DNA from: Clostridia bacterium | GTDB lineage: Bacteria > Bacillota > Clostridia > JAAYHZ01 | Direction of reading: 5' to 3' | Length of the DNA stretch: 64,000 bases | Assembly: GCA_050950825.1 (NCBI GenBank) | Contig: JBMNIH010000004.1 | Coordinates: 640,001 to 704,000 of the forward strand | Shown: one piece after another, positions 1-12,974 of the stretch | Layout of the letters: each line of letters opens with the position of its first letter | Position numbering within the stretch: position 1 is the first letter of the stretch | The notes under the pieces: generated by a model | Told to the model about the DNA's origin: nothing | Seen by the model: the letters and a program-made list of their open reading frames with translations, nothing else | Databases searched by the model: none | Made by a program: the position numbers and the translations under genes

Positions 1-1
1 A

Positions 2-835
2 TCCGATGTATTCGGATCCGTAAGCATAGCTTCCGTCTTTTGGAACATTGCAGGGCTTAGACCTACCCACGGATTGGTATCTCGCTACGGCTTGATCGCT
101 TCGTCTTCTTTGGATCAAATCGGAATTTTTGCGAATAGGGTCGAAGATTGTGCCGCCGTTCTTTCGGAGATCGCAGGTCAAGACCCTCGGGATCCGTTAT
201 CCGCATCCTTTACCGTCCCGGATTATACGACGTATCTTCGTAAAGGCGTCAGAGGACTAAAGATCGGCTTTTTAGCCGGGGCGGAGGATGATGCGAAGGT
301 ATTTGAAAAACAAGGTGCCGAAGTAAAAGAAGTTACCTTATCCTTACTCTCCTATATCCGGCCGATATACGACATCCTCTTTTCGGCGGAGGCAAGCTCC
401 GCGTTAGGACGGTACGACGGTATCAAATACGGGTACCGAAGCTCACATGGAAACAACCTGTCCGAGCTGTATACCCGCTCCCGAGGCGAAGCCTTCGGTT
501 CGGAAGCTAAAAAATACGTTCTGGCGGGTACCCACATCTTAAGCTCGGAACAAAGAGAGATATACAATAAAGCATTAAAGGGCAGGTATTTGATTGCAAA
601 AGAGTCGGAAGACCTCTTTACTCATTTTGATGTGCTTTTGATGAAAGGGAATCCGAAAGAAGATGATTTGTGCCTTTTGCCTGCATTAACGGGAATGCCG
701 GCATTGACCGTGCCGAAAGGCTCCCGCAGTGAAAACGGTTTTTACGGTATTCGGTTGATGGCAAATCGTTTTCAAGAGGGTTTGCTGTTTCAAGCGGGTC
801 ATCTGTACCGATCCGAGACGGGAGGAGCGACATGA
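2..835 (+). CDS. gatA: Glu/Asp-tRNA amidotransferase subunit A, 5'-truncated by the window edge, divergent
   Basis: Frame open from nt 2 (SDVFGSVSIASVFWNIAGLRPTHGLVSRYGLIASSSLDQIG). Contains EASSALGRYDGIKYGYR and YTRSRGEAFGSE. Overlaps the gatB start (ATGA at 832-835). Confidence 0.88.
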   Translation, partial: SDVFGSVSIASVFWNIAGLRPTHGLVSRYGLIASSSLDQIGIFANRVEDCAAVLSEIAGQDPRDPLSASFTVPDYTTYLRKGVRGLKIGFLAGAEDDAKVFEKQGAEVKEVTLSLLSYIRPIYDILFSAEASSALGRYDGIKYGYRSSHGNNLSELYTRSRGEAFGSEAKKYVLAGTHILSSEQREIYNKALKGRYLIAKESEDLFTHFDVLLMKGNPKEDDLCLLPALTGMPALTVPKGSRSENGFYGIRLMANRFQEGLLFQAGHLYRSETGGAT

Positions 836-2295
836 AAGAGTTTGAGACGATTATCGGTTTGGAAATCCATGTAGAGCTTGCAACCTCCACGAAGTTGTTC
901 TGCAGCTGCTCCGCTCGCTTTACCCGTGAACCGAACCGAAACTGCTGTCCCTTGTGCATGGGTATGCCCGGGACCTTGCCCGTGCTGAATCGTAAAGCGG
1001 TGGAGTACGCCGTAAGGGTAGGCTTGGCTCTTTCTTGCCGTATCGAAAGGTTTTCAAGGTTTGACCGCAAAAACTACTTTTACCCGGATTTGCCGAAGGG
1101 CTATCAAATCACCCAATACGAATATCCCTTGTGCAAGGAAGGCTATTTTGATATCGATACGCCTCAAGGCATAAAAAGAATCGGTATCGCCGAGATACAC
1201 TTGGAAGAGGATGCGGGAAAGCTTATCCATCTTGAAGACGGTTTCAGCTTAATCGATTATAACCGAGCGGGAATTCCTTTGATTGAAATCGTTACCGAGC
1301 CGGACCTTCGTTCTGCGGAAGAAGCCAAAATATTCTCCGAAGATTTAAGGAATCTCATCATGTATACAAGAGCCTCGGACTGCAAAATGCAAGAGGGTTC
1401 CATGCGGGTGGACGTGAATCTGTCTGTCCGTGAAAAAGGGACCCCCGATTTCGGGACAAGGACGGAAATAAAGAATTTGAACAGCTTCCGATCCGTTGCA
1501 CGAGCCATCCAATACGAATCCGAAAGACAGATTCGATTATTGAAATCCGGAAAAAACGTGTTGCAAGAAACCCGCAGATGGGACGAGGCGAAGGGTGAAA
1601 GCGTCCCCATGAGGAACAAGGAAGATATATCCGATTACCGATATTTTAAAGAACCGGATTTGCCGGCAATCATTCTTTCCTTGGAAGAAATTGAGTCCGT
1701 TCGAAAAACTTTGCCTTCATTGCCTCGGGAAAGGATGGAGCGATATAGGAGAGAGTGGAATTTGCCTTGGAATGACGCAAAACTTATTGCATCCTCCAGG
1801 GCTTTAGCGGACTTTTATGAAAAAACCGTGCAATATTGCAGGCTGCCGAAGGAAGCGTCTCATTGGGTAACCGGTGAAGTGTTAAAAAAACTCAATGAAA
1901 AGAAATTGGTGCTTGAGGAATCTGACATGGATCCGAAATTCTTAGGAAAATTGATCCTATTGGTAAAGGAGGAGAGGTTAACGGGAAGCGTTGCCAAGAA
2001 AATTTTTGATATCATGTTCGATACCAAAGAGGACCCGGAAAAAATTATTGCCTCCTATGGCCGGATAACCGTAAAAGACGCAGGACAATTGGATCAAGTT
2101 ATCGAAAAAGTTTTAAAAGAAAACCCGAAAGCCGTAGCCGATTATTTGGGCGGAAAGAAAAAAACCTTCGGATATTTTATGGGTGAAATCATGAAAGAAA
2201 CAAACGGAAGGGCGGATACGGCTTTAGCCAAAAAAATACTGGAGAAAAGATTGGCTTTTTTATACAATAATAATAACCCGATAAAGGAGGGTTGA
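832..2295 (+). CDS. gatB: Glu/Asp-tRNA amidotransferase subunit B
   Basis: IGLEIHVEL, FDRKNYFYPDLPKGYQITQ, HLEEDAGK, DYNRAGIPLIEIVTEPD, EIKNLNS, DYRYFKEPDL; C-terminal YqeY-like domain. Confidence 0.97.
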   Translation: MKEFETIIGLEIHVELATSTKLFCSCSARFTREPNRNCCPLCMGMPGTLPVLNRKAVEYAVRVGLALSCRIERFSRFDRKNYFYPDLPKGYQITQYEYPLCKEGYFDIDTPQGIKRIGIAEIHLEEDAGKLIHLEDGFSLIDYNRAGIPLIEIVTEPDLRSAEEAKIFSEDLRNLIMYTRASDCKMQEGSMRVDVNLSVREKGTPDFGTRTEIKNLNSFRSVARAIQYESERQIRLLKSGKNVLQETRRWDEAKGESVPMRNKEDISDYRYFKEPDLPAIILSLEEIESVRKTLPSLPRERMERYRREWNLPWNDAKLIASSRALADFYEKTVQYCRLPKEASHWVTGEVLKKLNEKKLVLEESDMDPKFLGKLILLVKEERLTGSVAKKIFDIMFDTKEDPEKIIASYGRITVKDAGQLDQVIEKVLKENPKAVADYLGGKKKTFGYFMGEIMKETNGRADTALAKKILEKRLAFLYNNNNPIKEG

Positions 2296-2297
2296 CC

Positions 2298-4208
2298 ATG
2301 ACTCAAATTTATGCTTCGTCGCCGATCAAATCGAAAAATGTTAAGATTAAAAGTCGGTTTTGGACCGGAATTCGGCATAAGAATAAAACAAAGATACTGC
2401 CGGCCATTTACCGAGTATACGAAGAAACCGGCAGAATCAAATCCTTTAAACACGATTGGAAGGAAGGAGATCCTTACAAGCCCCATATTTTCTGGGATAG
2501 CGATGTGGCCAAGTGGATGGAGACCGCCGCCTATATCCTGGGAGAAGAACAAGACTCGGATACGGAAGAAAAAATGGAAAGGTTGATAGACCTTATTGAG
2601 AAAAACCAAGAGCCTTCCGGTTACTTCAACTCCTACTTTCAAACGGTGGCACCGGATCAAAAATGGAAGAATATCCACGATCACGAATTGTACTGTATCG
2701 GACATTTGCTGGAAGCCGCCGTCGCCTATTACGAATCCACGGGAAAAGATCGCTTTTTAAAGGTTATGGAAAAAAGCGTCGATCATATCATTCAAGTATT
2801 CATGGAAGAAAACAGTGCCGGCTTTCAATACCCCGGTCATGAAGAAATCGAATTGGCTTTGTATAAACTTTATCGGGTTACAGGCAAGGAGAAGTATCGT
2901 AAATTGGCGGAGCACTTCCTGTATCGGCGGGGTAGGCAATACGAGCAGGAGCAGGACGACAACTACCGCCTTCGAGGAATCCAAGAACACCTTCCCGTAG
3001 AAAAGCAAAAGGAGGCCGTCGGACATGCGGTCCGTGCCGCTTATCTTTATACGGCCATGACCGATATGGCAATTTTGAATAACGACGAAGCCTTATGGAA
3101 CACGGTTTCGGAGCTTTGGGAAGATATAACGAATAGAAAAATGTTTGTCACCGGAGGTGTGGGGACCTCATTTTCAGGGGAAGCCTACACCTACCCTTAC
3201 GATCTTCCGAACGAGTACGGATACACGGAAACATGCGCTTCCATCGGTTTAATATTCATGGCGGCGCGAATGATGCGGTACGATTTGAACGCAGAATATG
3301 CCGATGTTGTGGAAAGAGCGTTGTACAATACGGTGTTAGGATGTGTTTCCGAGGAAGGAAACGAGTTTTTCTACAGCAATCCCCTTGAAGTAGACCCTGC
3401 GCTGGATGGATACTTAAAAACCCTAAAAAAGTACAACATGGCTAACCGAGAAAGGATTATTCCCTCTACAACCCGAAGAAAAGACCTAGGCTGCATGTGT
3501 TGTCCCGCTAACGTTACTCGGCTATTGGCTTCCATCGGCGAGTATATTGCTTCGGAATCCGACGATAGCATTGCGATACATATGCCCGTTGGCTGTAATA
3601 TGAACGTAGACGAAGGGGTTTTGTCCGTTGATTCCGATTATCCGATAAAATCCGATTTTACCCTTCGTTTGCAATTGAACAAGCTCTTTAGAAGAAAACT
3701 CTATATTCGAATTCCCTCCTGGTGCAAATTATCGAAGGTCACCGTAAACGGTGAAAAATACCCCTTCGAACGGCATAAATTAAACGGTTATCTTGTTTTC
3801 GAACAAGGCTTTGACCGCGATACGGTTATTAGAATCGAATCGGAAATGAAGCCGATGCTCGTAAAATGCCATCCTGCCGTAAAGGATGCGGCGGGGAAGA
3901 CGGCCGTACAAAGAGGACCCTTCGTTTACTGCTTGGAAGAGAAGGACAACGGTCCCATGCTGTACAACGCCTATATTGACAAAACGACCGTATTTGAAGA
4001 GATTTTCGATGAGCCGATTTCGGAACCTGTTCCGGTGTTGAAATGCAAGGGCAAAACGATGAAACAAAAGGATAACCGATTGTATTTTACGGATGATTAC
4101 GAATATGTAGACAGAGATTTGACCTTCATTCCCTTTTACGCTCGATTGAACCGAGGTATAGGGGAAATGATTGTTTGGGTTAACGAGTTTAATAAATTTA
4201 TTAAATAA
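2298..4208 (+). CDS. Glycoside hydrolase family 127 (beta-L-arabinofuranosidase-like, DUF1680)
   Basis: WDSDVAKW, HELYCIGHLLEAAVAY, GHEEIELAL, GHAVRAAYLY, GEAYT, ETCAS, CCPAN, QRGPFVYCLE. RBS AAGGAGG at 2283-2289 favours ATG 2298. Confidence 0.92.
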   Translation: MTQIYASSPIKSKNVKIKSRFWTGIRHKNKTKILPAIYRVYEETGRIKSFKHDWKEGDPYKPHIFWDSDVAKWMETAAYILGEEQDSDTEEKMERLIDLIEKNQEPSGYFNSYFQTVAPDQKWKNIHDHELYCIGHLLEAAVAYYESTGKDRFLKVMEKSVDHIIQVFMEENSAGFQYPGHEEIELALYKLYRVTGKEKYRKLAEHFLYRRGRQYEQEQDDNYRLRGIQEHLPVEKQKEAVGHAVRAAYLYTAMTDMAILNNDEALWNTVSELWEDITNRKMFVTGGVGTSFSGEAYTYPYDLPNEYGYTETCASIGLIFMAARMMRYDLNAEYADVVERALYNTVLGCVSEEGNEFFYSNPLEVDPALDGYLKTLKKYNMANRERIIPSTTRRKDLGCMCCPANVTRLLASIGEYIASESDDSIAIHMPVGCNMNVDEGVLSVDSDYPIKSDFTLRLQLNKLFRRKLYIRIPSWCKLSKVTVNGEKYPFERHKLNGYLVFEQGFDRDTVIRIESEMKPMLVKCHPAVKDAAGKTAVQRGPFVYCLEEKDNGPMLYNAYIDKTTVFEEIFDEPISEPVPVLKCKGKTMKQKDNRLYFTDDYEYVDRDLTFIPFYARLNRGIGEMIVWVNEFNKFIK

Positions 4209-4222
4209 AGAGGGTAAAGGGT

Positions 4223-6212
<1,990 letters not shown>

Positions 6213-6277
6213 GTAGGAAAATATGAGAAAGGAAAGTATGAACGTTAAGTTTTTCGATTCATACGAGGGAGATTGAG

Positions 6278-7471
6278 ATGCTTGTTTTAGTTATTAATTC
6301 CGGAAGTTCTTCTTTAAAATATCAATTAATCGATATGGATACGGAAAAGGTCTTGGCAAAAGGCAACTGTGAGCGTATCGGCTTGGATAAGCCTTTTATC
6401 AAGCACACGAAAAACGATAGTCCCCAAGTCATCATCGAGACGGATTTAAGCGACCATACAAAAGCCATGGGTGCCGTCATTTCCATATTGACCGGCAAAG
6501 AACACGGTGTTATAACCGACATGAATCAAATATCCGTGGTCGGCCACCGCGTGGTACACGGCGGAGAACGCTTTACCCGGTCCGTGATTATCGACGAAGA
6601 GGTTATCAAGCAAATCGAAGCTTGTTACGATATCGCCCCCTTGCACAATCCTCCGGGAATCGCCGGAATCAAGGCTTGTAAAACCATTATGCCGAATACG
6701 CCGATGGTTGCGGTATTCGACACGGCCTTCCACCAGACGGTACCGAAGCATGCCTATTTGTATGCCCTGCCTTATGAAATATATGAAACCTATCGAATCC
6801 GTAAATACGGTTTTCACGGAACGTCTCATAGATACGTGGCCGAAAGAGCCGCGCAATTAATGGGCAGAAACATCGAGGAGCTGAATATCGTTACTTGTCA
6901 CTTGGGTAACGGATCCAGCATCTGTGCCGTAAAAGGCGGCAAATCCATCGATACCACCATGGGATTTACGCCCTTGGCCGGCTTGGTAATGGGAACAAGA
7001 TGCGGTGACATCGACCCGGCTATCGTTACCTTTATCATGAAGAAAATGAACATGACGGCGGATGAAGCGGACGATTACATGAACAAACATTCCGGAATGT
7101 TAGGAATTACCGGTATCAGCAGCGATTTTCGCGATATTTTGAAAGCGGAAGAGGAAGGAAACGATAGAGCGAGAATTGCCCTTGATATGTTCTGCTATCG
7201 TGTTCAAAACTATATCGCTCAGTACGCAGGCGTAATGGGCGGCCTCGATGCCGTCGTATTTACGGCCGGTGTAGGCGAAAACAATCCTTTCATTCGCACT
7301 CGTTCTACGGCAAACTTGAAATTTTTGGGTATTGATATCGATGAAGCGAAGAACAATACGAAAGCCGCTGAAATCGACATCTCGACGGAAACAGCCAAGG
7401 TTCGAACCTTTGTCATCGCTACCAACGAAGAATTGGCCATTGCAAGAGAATGCAAGTCTTTATTGTCTTAA
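6278..7471 (+). CDS. ackA: Acetate kinase
   Basis: [63 protein letters not shown]. Confidence 0.98.
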   Translation: MLVLVINSGSSSLKYQLIDMDTEKVLAKGNCERIGLDKPFIKHTKNDSPQVIIETDLSDHTKAMGAVISILTGKEHGVITDMNQISVVGHRVVHGGERFTRSVIIDEEVIKQIEACYDIAPLHNPPGIAGIKACKTIMPNTPMVAVFDTAFHQTVPKHAYLYALPYEIYETYRIRKYGFHGTSHRYVAERAAQLMGRNIEELNIVTCHLGNGSSICAVKGGKSIDTTMGFTPLAGLVMGTRCGDIDPAIVTFIMKKMNMTADEADDYMNKHSGMLGITGISSDFRDILKAEEEGNDRARIALDMFCYRVQNYIAQYAGVMGGLDAVVFTAGVGENNPFIRTRSTANLKFLGIDIDEAKNNTKAAEIDISTETAKVRTFVIATNEELAIARECKSLLS

Positions 7472-7486
7472 CACAACAAAATCCAT

Positions 7487-7519
7487 AGAGGGACAGGTTA
7501 AATCCCTGTCTCTTTTTTT
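7487..7519 (+). terminator. Rho-independent terminator after ackA
   Basis: AGAGGGACAGG-loop-CCTGTCTCT followed by a T run. Confidence 0.8.
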
Positions 7520-7743
7520 ATGCTTTCAAAAGTCCTTCTGATTCCAAAAACAGGCATTGCTTGATTTCGATTCTTTGGAATGTATATAATAGAACAATAT
7601 GAAAAAGACAAAAGTAAAACCGATCGGGTTTTTCGTTTTGTATAATTTGATACCAAATTGTCTATGATGAAGGTAGCGGATTTGCTATAATAAACCATAG
7701 AATATGACGGAAATATCGGTGTGGAAGGTTATTGTGGAGAAGG

Positions 7744-8487
7744 ATGAGCAGCTTTTTTTTGAGGAAAAACAGAACAATAAAGACAGAGCATTTACCGGAT
7801 CATATCGCATTTATAATGGACGGCAACGGCCGTTGGGCAAGAAGAAGAGGTCTTCCGAGAAGCGTAGGCCATCGGGAAGGCTCCTATACTTTAAGGCGTA
7901 TAGCCAAGGAGTGCAGTAAAATAGGCATAAAATATTTATCGGTTTTTGCTTTGTCTACGGAAAACTGGTCTCGACCGAAGGAAGAAATCAACGGCCTGTT
8001 GGATTTGCTGCGGGAATTTGTGAAGTCTGCCGATAAAGAAATCGCGGAGAACAATATTCGCATCCGATTTGCCATGTCAAAAGACCGATTGCCGGAAGAC
8101 ATTTTGCAGGAAATCGACCGTCTTGTGGAAAAAACGAAGAATATCGAAGGTATGCAATTAATCATTGCCTTGAATTACGGTGGTAAAGACGAAATTTTAA
8201 ACGCTGCGAAAGGAATCGCGCGGGATGTGGCGGCGAAAAAAATAAGGGAAGAAGACATCGACCAAGATCTGTTTCGTAATTATTTATATCTTCCCGATGT
8301 GCCGGACCCGGATTTGATTATAAGGCCGTCCGGAGAGAAAAGAATCAGTAATTTCTATTTGTGGCAGGCGGCTTATTCCGAATTCTGGTATTCCGATGTT
8401 CTTTGGCCGGATTTTAATAAAAAACATCTGTACAAGGCATTGGAGGATTATAAAAGAAGAGAAAGAAGATATGGAGGAATTAAATGA
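7744..8487 (+). CDS. uppS: Undecaprenyl diphosphate synthase
   Basis: HIAFIMDGNGRWA, STENWSRP, ALNYGG, DLIIRPSGEKRISNF, WPDF, RERRYGG. Confidence 0.97.
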   Translation: MSSFFLRKNRTIKTEHLPDHIAFIMDGNGRWARRRGLPRSVGHREGSYTLRRIAKECSKIGIKYLSVFALSTENWSRPKEEINGLLDLLREFVKSADKEIAENNIRIRFAMSKDRLPEDILQEIDRLVEKTKNIEGMQLIIALNYGGKDEILNAAKGIARDVAAKKIREEDIDQDLFRNYLYLPDVPDPDLIIRPSGEKRISNFYLWQAAYSEFWYSDVLWPDFNKKHLYKALEDYKRRERRYGGIK

Positions 8488-9305
8488 AAGTCAGAATCAT
8501 TAGTTCGTTGGTTGCAAGCGCTCTGTTGTTTTTTGTCATGTTCATGCCTCTGTGGGTGTTTTTGATCGCATTGACTTGTGTTGCCGTGATCGCCGTTTTG
8601 GAATACATGGGCTCCGTCCGATTAAAGGGATACAATGTTTCCCTGTGGCCGATCACCGTTTCCGCAGGACTTGCCGTACCGCTGTGGATCTGTTTGCTAT
8701 ACCTTGTACATAGGATCGGTATAAGCAGTGAAGCATTGATTCTCATATGGGTGATCATAACGTTTTTGGCTTCCGCCGCAACATGCATATTTACGAATAT
8801 GAAATACACATTTAGCGATATGGCCATAACGGTATTCGGCTTATTATACGTTCTCTTGCCGTTAACCCTTTTGGTACGGATCCGAAGCGAACAGCATGGC
8901 TTTTACCTGATCTGGCTGGTTTTTTTAGGAGCATGGGTAACGGATATTTCGGCCTATTTTGCGGGAACCTTTTTCGGACAGCATAAATTGATTCCCGCGA
9001 TCAGCTCCAAAAAAACCGTAGAAGGCTTTATCGGGGGAATATTGGGTTGCATGCTTGCCATTGTCATTTACGGTATGTGGATGCAGACAAAGAATGTTTG
9101 GATTCCTTGGTATTCCTATGTATTCTTAGGTGCCGTATTGGGATTTGTTTCCCAATCGGGAGATTGGTTTGCATCCTGCATTAAGCGGTATTTGGAAATT
9201 AAGGATTTCGGAAAAATCATGCCCGGACACGGCGGCGTTTTGGACCGATTTGACAGCATCCTTTTTGCCGCGCCTTTCGTCTATATCTTTATATTACTAT
9301 TTTAA
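8484..9305 (+). CDS. cdsA: Phosphatidate cytidylyltransferase
   Basis: Multi-TM protein; KTVEG, GDWFASCIKR, KDFGKIMPGHGGVLDRFDS. Confidence 0.96.
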   Translation: MKVRIISSLVASALLFFVMFMPLWVFLIALTCVAVIAVLEYMGSVRLKGYNVSLWPITVSAGLAVPLWICLLYLVHRIGISSEALILIWVIITFLASAATCIFTNMKYTFSDMAITVFGLLYVLLPLTLLVRIRSEQHGFYLIWLVFLGAWVTDISAYFAGTFFGQHKLIPAISSKKTVEGFIGGILGCMLAIVIYGMWMQTKNVWIPWYSYVFLGAVLGFVSQSGDWFASCIKRYLEIKDFGKIMPGHGGVLDRFDSILFAAPFVYIFILLF

Positions 9306-9318
9306 TCGAGGTGAAATT

Positions 9319-10488
9319 TTGATCGAATACATTTCCATACTCGGTTCCACCGGCTCCATCGGAACACAAACCCTGGAAGTGGCCGAATCCTTAGGTATTA
9401 AAATCGTCGGCTTGGCGGCTTTAAAAAACGTTTCTTTGATGGAGGAGCAAGCGCGAAGGTTCAAACCGGAATATGTGGCTTTGCATGACGAAGAAAAAGC
9501 AAAGGAATTGAAATTACGTTTGGCGGATACATCCGTTAAGGTAGACGGGGGCTTAGAAGGGGTTTGCCGGGTGGCGGCTTTGGAAAAAAGCCATAGGGTC
9601 GTAGCCGGTATTGTGGGTATCGACGGACTATTGCCTACGGTATCCGCTATCGAAGCCGGTAAAGACATTTGCTTAGCCAACAAGGAAACCTTGGTAACCG
9701 CAGGCGATATGATTATACCTTGGGCGAAACAAAGGAATATTTCCATTTTACCGGTGGACAGCGAGCATTCGGCCATATTTCAAAGTATGGAATCCGGAAA
9801 ACCGAAAGAGGTAAAAAGAATCATTTTAACGGCTTCCGGCGGTGCTTTTCTGGGAAAGAAAAAATCCGAACTGGAGAATGTTACGGTATCTCAAGCTTTG
9901 GCACATCCCAATTGGGATATGGGTTCAAAAATTACGGTGGACAGCGCTACGTTAATGAATAAAGGCTTTGAAGTCATTGAAGCCATGTTTTTGTTCGGTA
10001 CGAATCCGGAGAATATACAAACGGTGATTCATCCCCAAAGCATCATTCATTCGGCTGTGGAATTTACGGACGGATCCGTTATCGCCCAAATGGGCTTGCC
10101 GGATATGCGCTTACCCATCCAATATGCGTTGACTTGGCCGGATCGATTGGTAGGTCCGTACCGAGGGATGAATTTTTTTGATTTACCGCCTTTAACGTTT
10201 CAAAAGCCGGATTATGAAACCTTCGGATGCTTGAAGCTTGCTTACCAAGCATGCACCGATCAAAAAAATATGAGGATTGTATTGAATTCGGCAAACGATA
10301 TGGCGGTAGAAGCCTTCATCAAGGGTCGTATCGGTTTTTTAGATATCTACAGGGTCATACGAACCGTTATCGACGGATTCCCGAAGTATAAACCGAAGTC
10401 CATAGAAGAAATCGTGGAAACGGTCCGGCACTGCCGAGAGTACACCGAGGAATGCATCCGGGAGGGCATTTATAGAAACATAATGTGA
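9319..10488 (+). CDS. dxr: 1-deoxy-D-xylulose 5-phosphate reductoisomerase
   Basis: ILGSTGSIG, LANKETLV, PVDSEHSAIFQ, LTASGG, HPNWDMG, DSATLMNKG. TTG start after GAGGTG. Confidence 0.96.
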   Translation: MIEYISILGSTGSIGTQTLEVAESLGIKIVGLAALKNVSLMEEQARRFKPEYVALHDEEKAKELKLRLADTSVKVDGGLEGVCRVAALEKSHRVVAGIVGIDGLLPTVSAIEAGKDICLANKETLVTAGDMIIPWAKQRNISILPVDSEHSAIFQSMESGKPKEVKRIILTASGGAFLGKKKSELENVTVSQALAHPNWDMGSKITVDSATLMNKGFEVIEAMFLFGTNPENIQTVIHPQSIIHSAVEFTDGSVIAQMGLPDMRLPIQYALTWPDRLVGPYRGMNFFDLPPLTFQKPDYETFGCLKLAYQACTDQKNMRIVLNSANDMAVEAFIKGRIGFLDIYRVIRTVIDGFPKYKPKSIEEIVETVRHCREYTEECIREGIYRNIM

Positions 10489-10585
10489 TGAGGAATCGTA
10501 TTTTCACAAACGACGCATGATACATACGATTTGAGCATAAGCTTCAATAGTAAAGGTATGTAAATCTTTTATTCGGGAGGAATCC

Positions 10586-11875
10586 ATGCAAATATTAATC
10601 GGTTTGATTGCCATCAGCGTAATCATGCTTATACACGAATTAGGCCATTTTATAGCCGCGAAGGCTTGTAATATAAAGGTTCGCGAATTTTCCATTTTTA
10701 TGGGACCGAAGCTTTTTCAATTTAAAAGGGGAGAGACCTTATACACCTTTCGATTAATTCCTATGGGTGCTTTTGTAGCTATGGAAGGAGAAGAGGAAGA
10801 TTCCAAGGATGAGAGGGCTTATTGCAACAAACCGGTATGGCAAAGAGCCATTGTGGCCTTTGCCGGCTCCTTTGCCAATATAACCGTCGCCCTTTTAATT
10901 TTTACGCTCATATTCTTTTCCACCGGCTATGTCACGAACGAAATCGGATTGGTAGAAGAGAATTCCGGTGCTTATCAAGCGGGACTTCAAGAAGGCGATA
11001 TTATTAAAGAATACAACGGAAAAAAGATTCGCCACGCTCTCGACCTAAATGTTTACATGTATGCTTTAAACGACAAACCGATTACCGTTTTGTACGAGCG
11101 GGACGGTCAGAAATATACCGCCTCTTTTAAAGCGGTATATTATCCCGAATCCAAACGGTATTTGCTGGGATTTGTACCTCTTGCCGAAAGCGGACCCGAC
11201 TCGAACGTTGTTGGCAGCGTCAACACCGATACCGATGCAAGAAGGTCCGGCTTGCTAAGCGGTGACCGTATTATCGAGATTAACGGTAATATCATCAAAA
11301 GCCGACAGGACATTGCGGCGGTGATGGAAAAATTCCAAGGCGGCGAAACGGAGGTCAAGGTGGAAAGAGAAGGCAAAATTGTCACCTTGTACATCAAACC
11401 GTATTTGGAATCCGTTCCCGAGATGTATCTTCCCGGCTTTTATTTCAAATCCGCCAAGGGAGGATTTTTCCGAACCATCGGCAACGCTTGGCGTTATACG
11501 TTTTCCAACGTCCGAAGCGTCTATTTGTCTTTAGGATGGTTGATTTCGGGAAAGGTTTCTTTGAAAAACATGATGGGGCCTGTAGGGATCATCTCCACCA
11601 TCGGCTCGGTAACAAAGCAGCCTACGGTACGTATTGCGCTGCAGTCCTTATTAAACGTTATCGCCGTCATCAGCGTCAATTTAGGCGTGATGAACCTTCT
11701 GCCTATCCCGGCTTTGGACGGAAGCAAGCTTATTATTCTCTTTATCGAACGGCTGAGGAGAAAGCCCATTCCGCCGGAAAGAGAAGCCATGATTTCTTTG
11801 ATCGGCTTCGTGCTGCTGATATCCCTGATGGTCTTTACGGTGTATAACGATATAATACGTTTGTTGGGCAATTGA
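10586..11875 (+). CDS. rseP: RIP metalloprotease RseP (two PDZ-like domains)
   Basis: IHELGH (HExxH), NLLPIPALDG, and two GLxxGD PDZ-like segments. Confidence 0.93.
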   Translation: MQILIGLIAISVIMLIHELGHFIAAKACNIKVREFSIFMGPKLFQFKRGETLYTFRLIPMGAFVAMEGEEEDSKDERAYCNKPVWQRAIVAFAGSFANITVALLIFTLIFFSTGYVTNEIGLVEENSGAYQAGLQEGDIIKEYNGKKIRHALDLNVYMYALNDKPITVLYERDGQKYTASFKAVYYPESKRYLLGFVPLAESGPDSNVVGSVNTDTDARRSGLLSGDRIIEINGNIIKSRQDIAAVMEKFQGGETEVKVEREGKIVTLYIKPYLESVPEMYLPGFYFKSAKGGFFRTIGNAWRYTFSNVRSVYLSLGWLISGKVSLKNMMGPVGIISTIGSVTKQPTVRIALQSLLNVIAVISVNLGVMNLLPIPALDGSKLIILFIERLRRKPIPPEREAMISLIGFVLLISLMVFTVYNDIIRLLGN

Positions 11876-11896
11876 CAAAGATCCCAAAAGTCTTAG

Positions 11897-12973
11897 GTGC
11901 GAAAAATGATTGAAAGAAAGATAAAAAAGGTTATAAAAATCGGGAAGGAACGAATCGGAGGAAGCCATCCTGTTTTGATTCAATCCATGACCAATACGGA
12001 TACGAAAGACATAGCGGCTACCGTATCGCAAATACGGGAATTGGAAGCGGCAGGATGCAAAGCCGTAAGAATTGCGGTGCCGGATCAAGAAAGCGCGGAT
12101 GCTTTCGGAGAAATCAAAAAACAAGTAGACATCCCCTTGATAGCCGATATTCATTTTGATTATCGTTTGGCCATAAGCGCCATAAAAAACGGAGCGGATA
12201 AAATCCGCATCAACCCCGGAAATATCGGCGGGGAGGAAAAAGTCAAAAGGATTGCGGATACGGCAGGCCAATACGGGATTCCTATAAGGATCGGCGTCAA
12301 CTCCGGTTCGTTGGAAAAGGATTTGCTGAAAAAATACGGTCACGTAACCGCGGAGGCTTTGGTCGAATCGTTAGGCAGATACGTGACCATGATGGAAGGC
12401 TTGGGCTTTTTCGATCTGGTTTTGTCCATTAAAGCGTCGGATGTGGTTATGAATAAAAAAGCCAATGAGTATGCATCGGCGCAATTTGAGTACCCTCTTC
12501 ATCTGGGCGTTACGGAAGCCGGAACGTTTTTATCCGCCTCCGTCAAATCGGCGGTGGGAATCGGCTCGTTGCTTTTGCAGGGTATCGGAGACACCATACG
12601 AGTGTCCATCGCAGGAAATCCGGTTCGGGAAATCGAAGTGGCCAAAGAAATATTAAATGCCTGCGGATTCATGGAGTCCGGCTTGGATATTGTAGCTTGT
12701 CCTACCTGTGCAAGAACCAATATCAACGTAGAGGAGATTGCCGATTATTTAAAACAACGAAGCTACGACACGAAAAGAAAAATCAAAGTGGCGGTGATGG
12801 GCTGCGAGGTTAACGGACCGGGAGAGGCGAAAGAAGCGGATATCGGCATTGCGGGAGGAAAGAAGGACGCTCTTTTGTTTTTTAAAGGAAAGCCGGCTTT
12901 TAAAGTGGAATATGATAAAATAAAAGAGGTTTTAGACAGAGAGATATTAAAATTGATAGATCAAGGGGATTGA
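11897..12973 (+). CDS. ispG: 4-hydroxy-3-methylbut-2-enyl diphosphate synthase
   Basis: IQSMTNT, PLIADIHF, RINPGNIG, RIGVNSGS, PLHLGVTEAG, GDTIRVS, CPTCAR, MGCEVNGPGE. Confidence 0.97.
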   Translation: MRKMIERKIKKVIKIGKERIGGSHPVLIQSMTNTDTKDIAATVSQIRELEAAGCKAVRIAVPDQESADAFGEIKKQVDIPLIADIHFDYRLAISAIKNGADKIRINPGNIGGEEKVKRIADTAGQYGIPIRIGVNSGSLEKDLLKKYGHVTAEALVESLGRYVTMMEGLGFFDLVLSIKASDVVMNKKANEYASAQFEYPLHLGVTEAGTFLSASVKSAVGIGSLLLQGIGDTIRVSIAGNPVREIEVAKEILNACGFMESGLDIVACPTCARTNINVEEIADYLKQRSYDTKRKIKVAVMGCEVNGPGEAKEADIGIAGGKKDALLFFKGKPAFKVEYDKIKEVLDREILKLIDQGD

Positions 12974-12974
12974 A

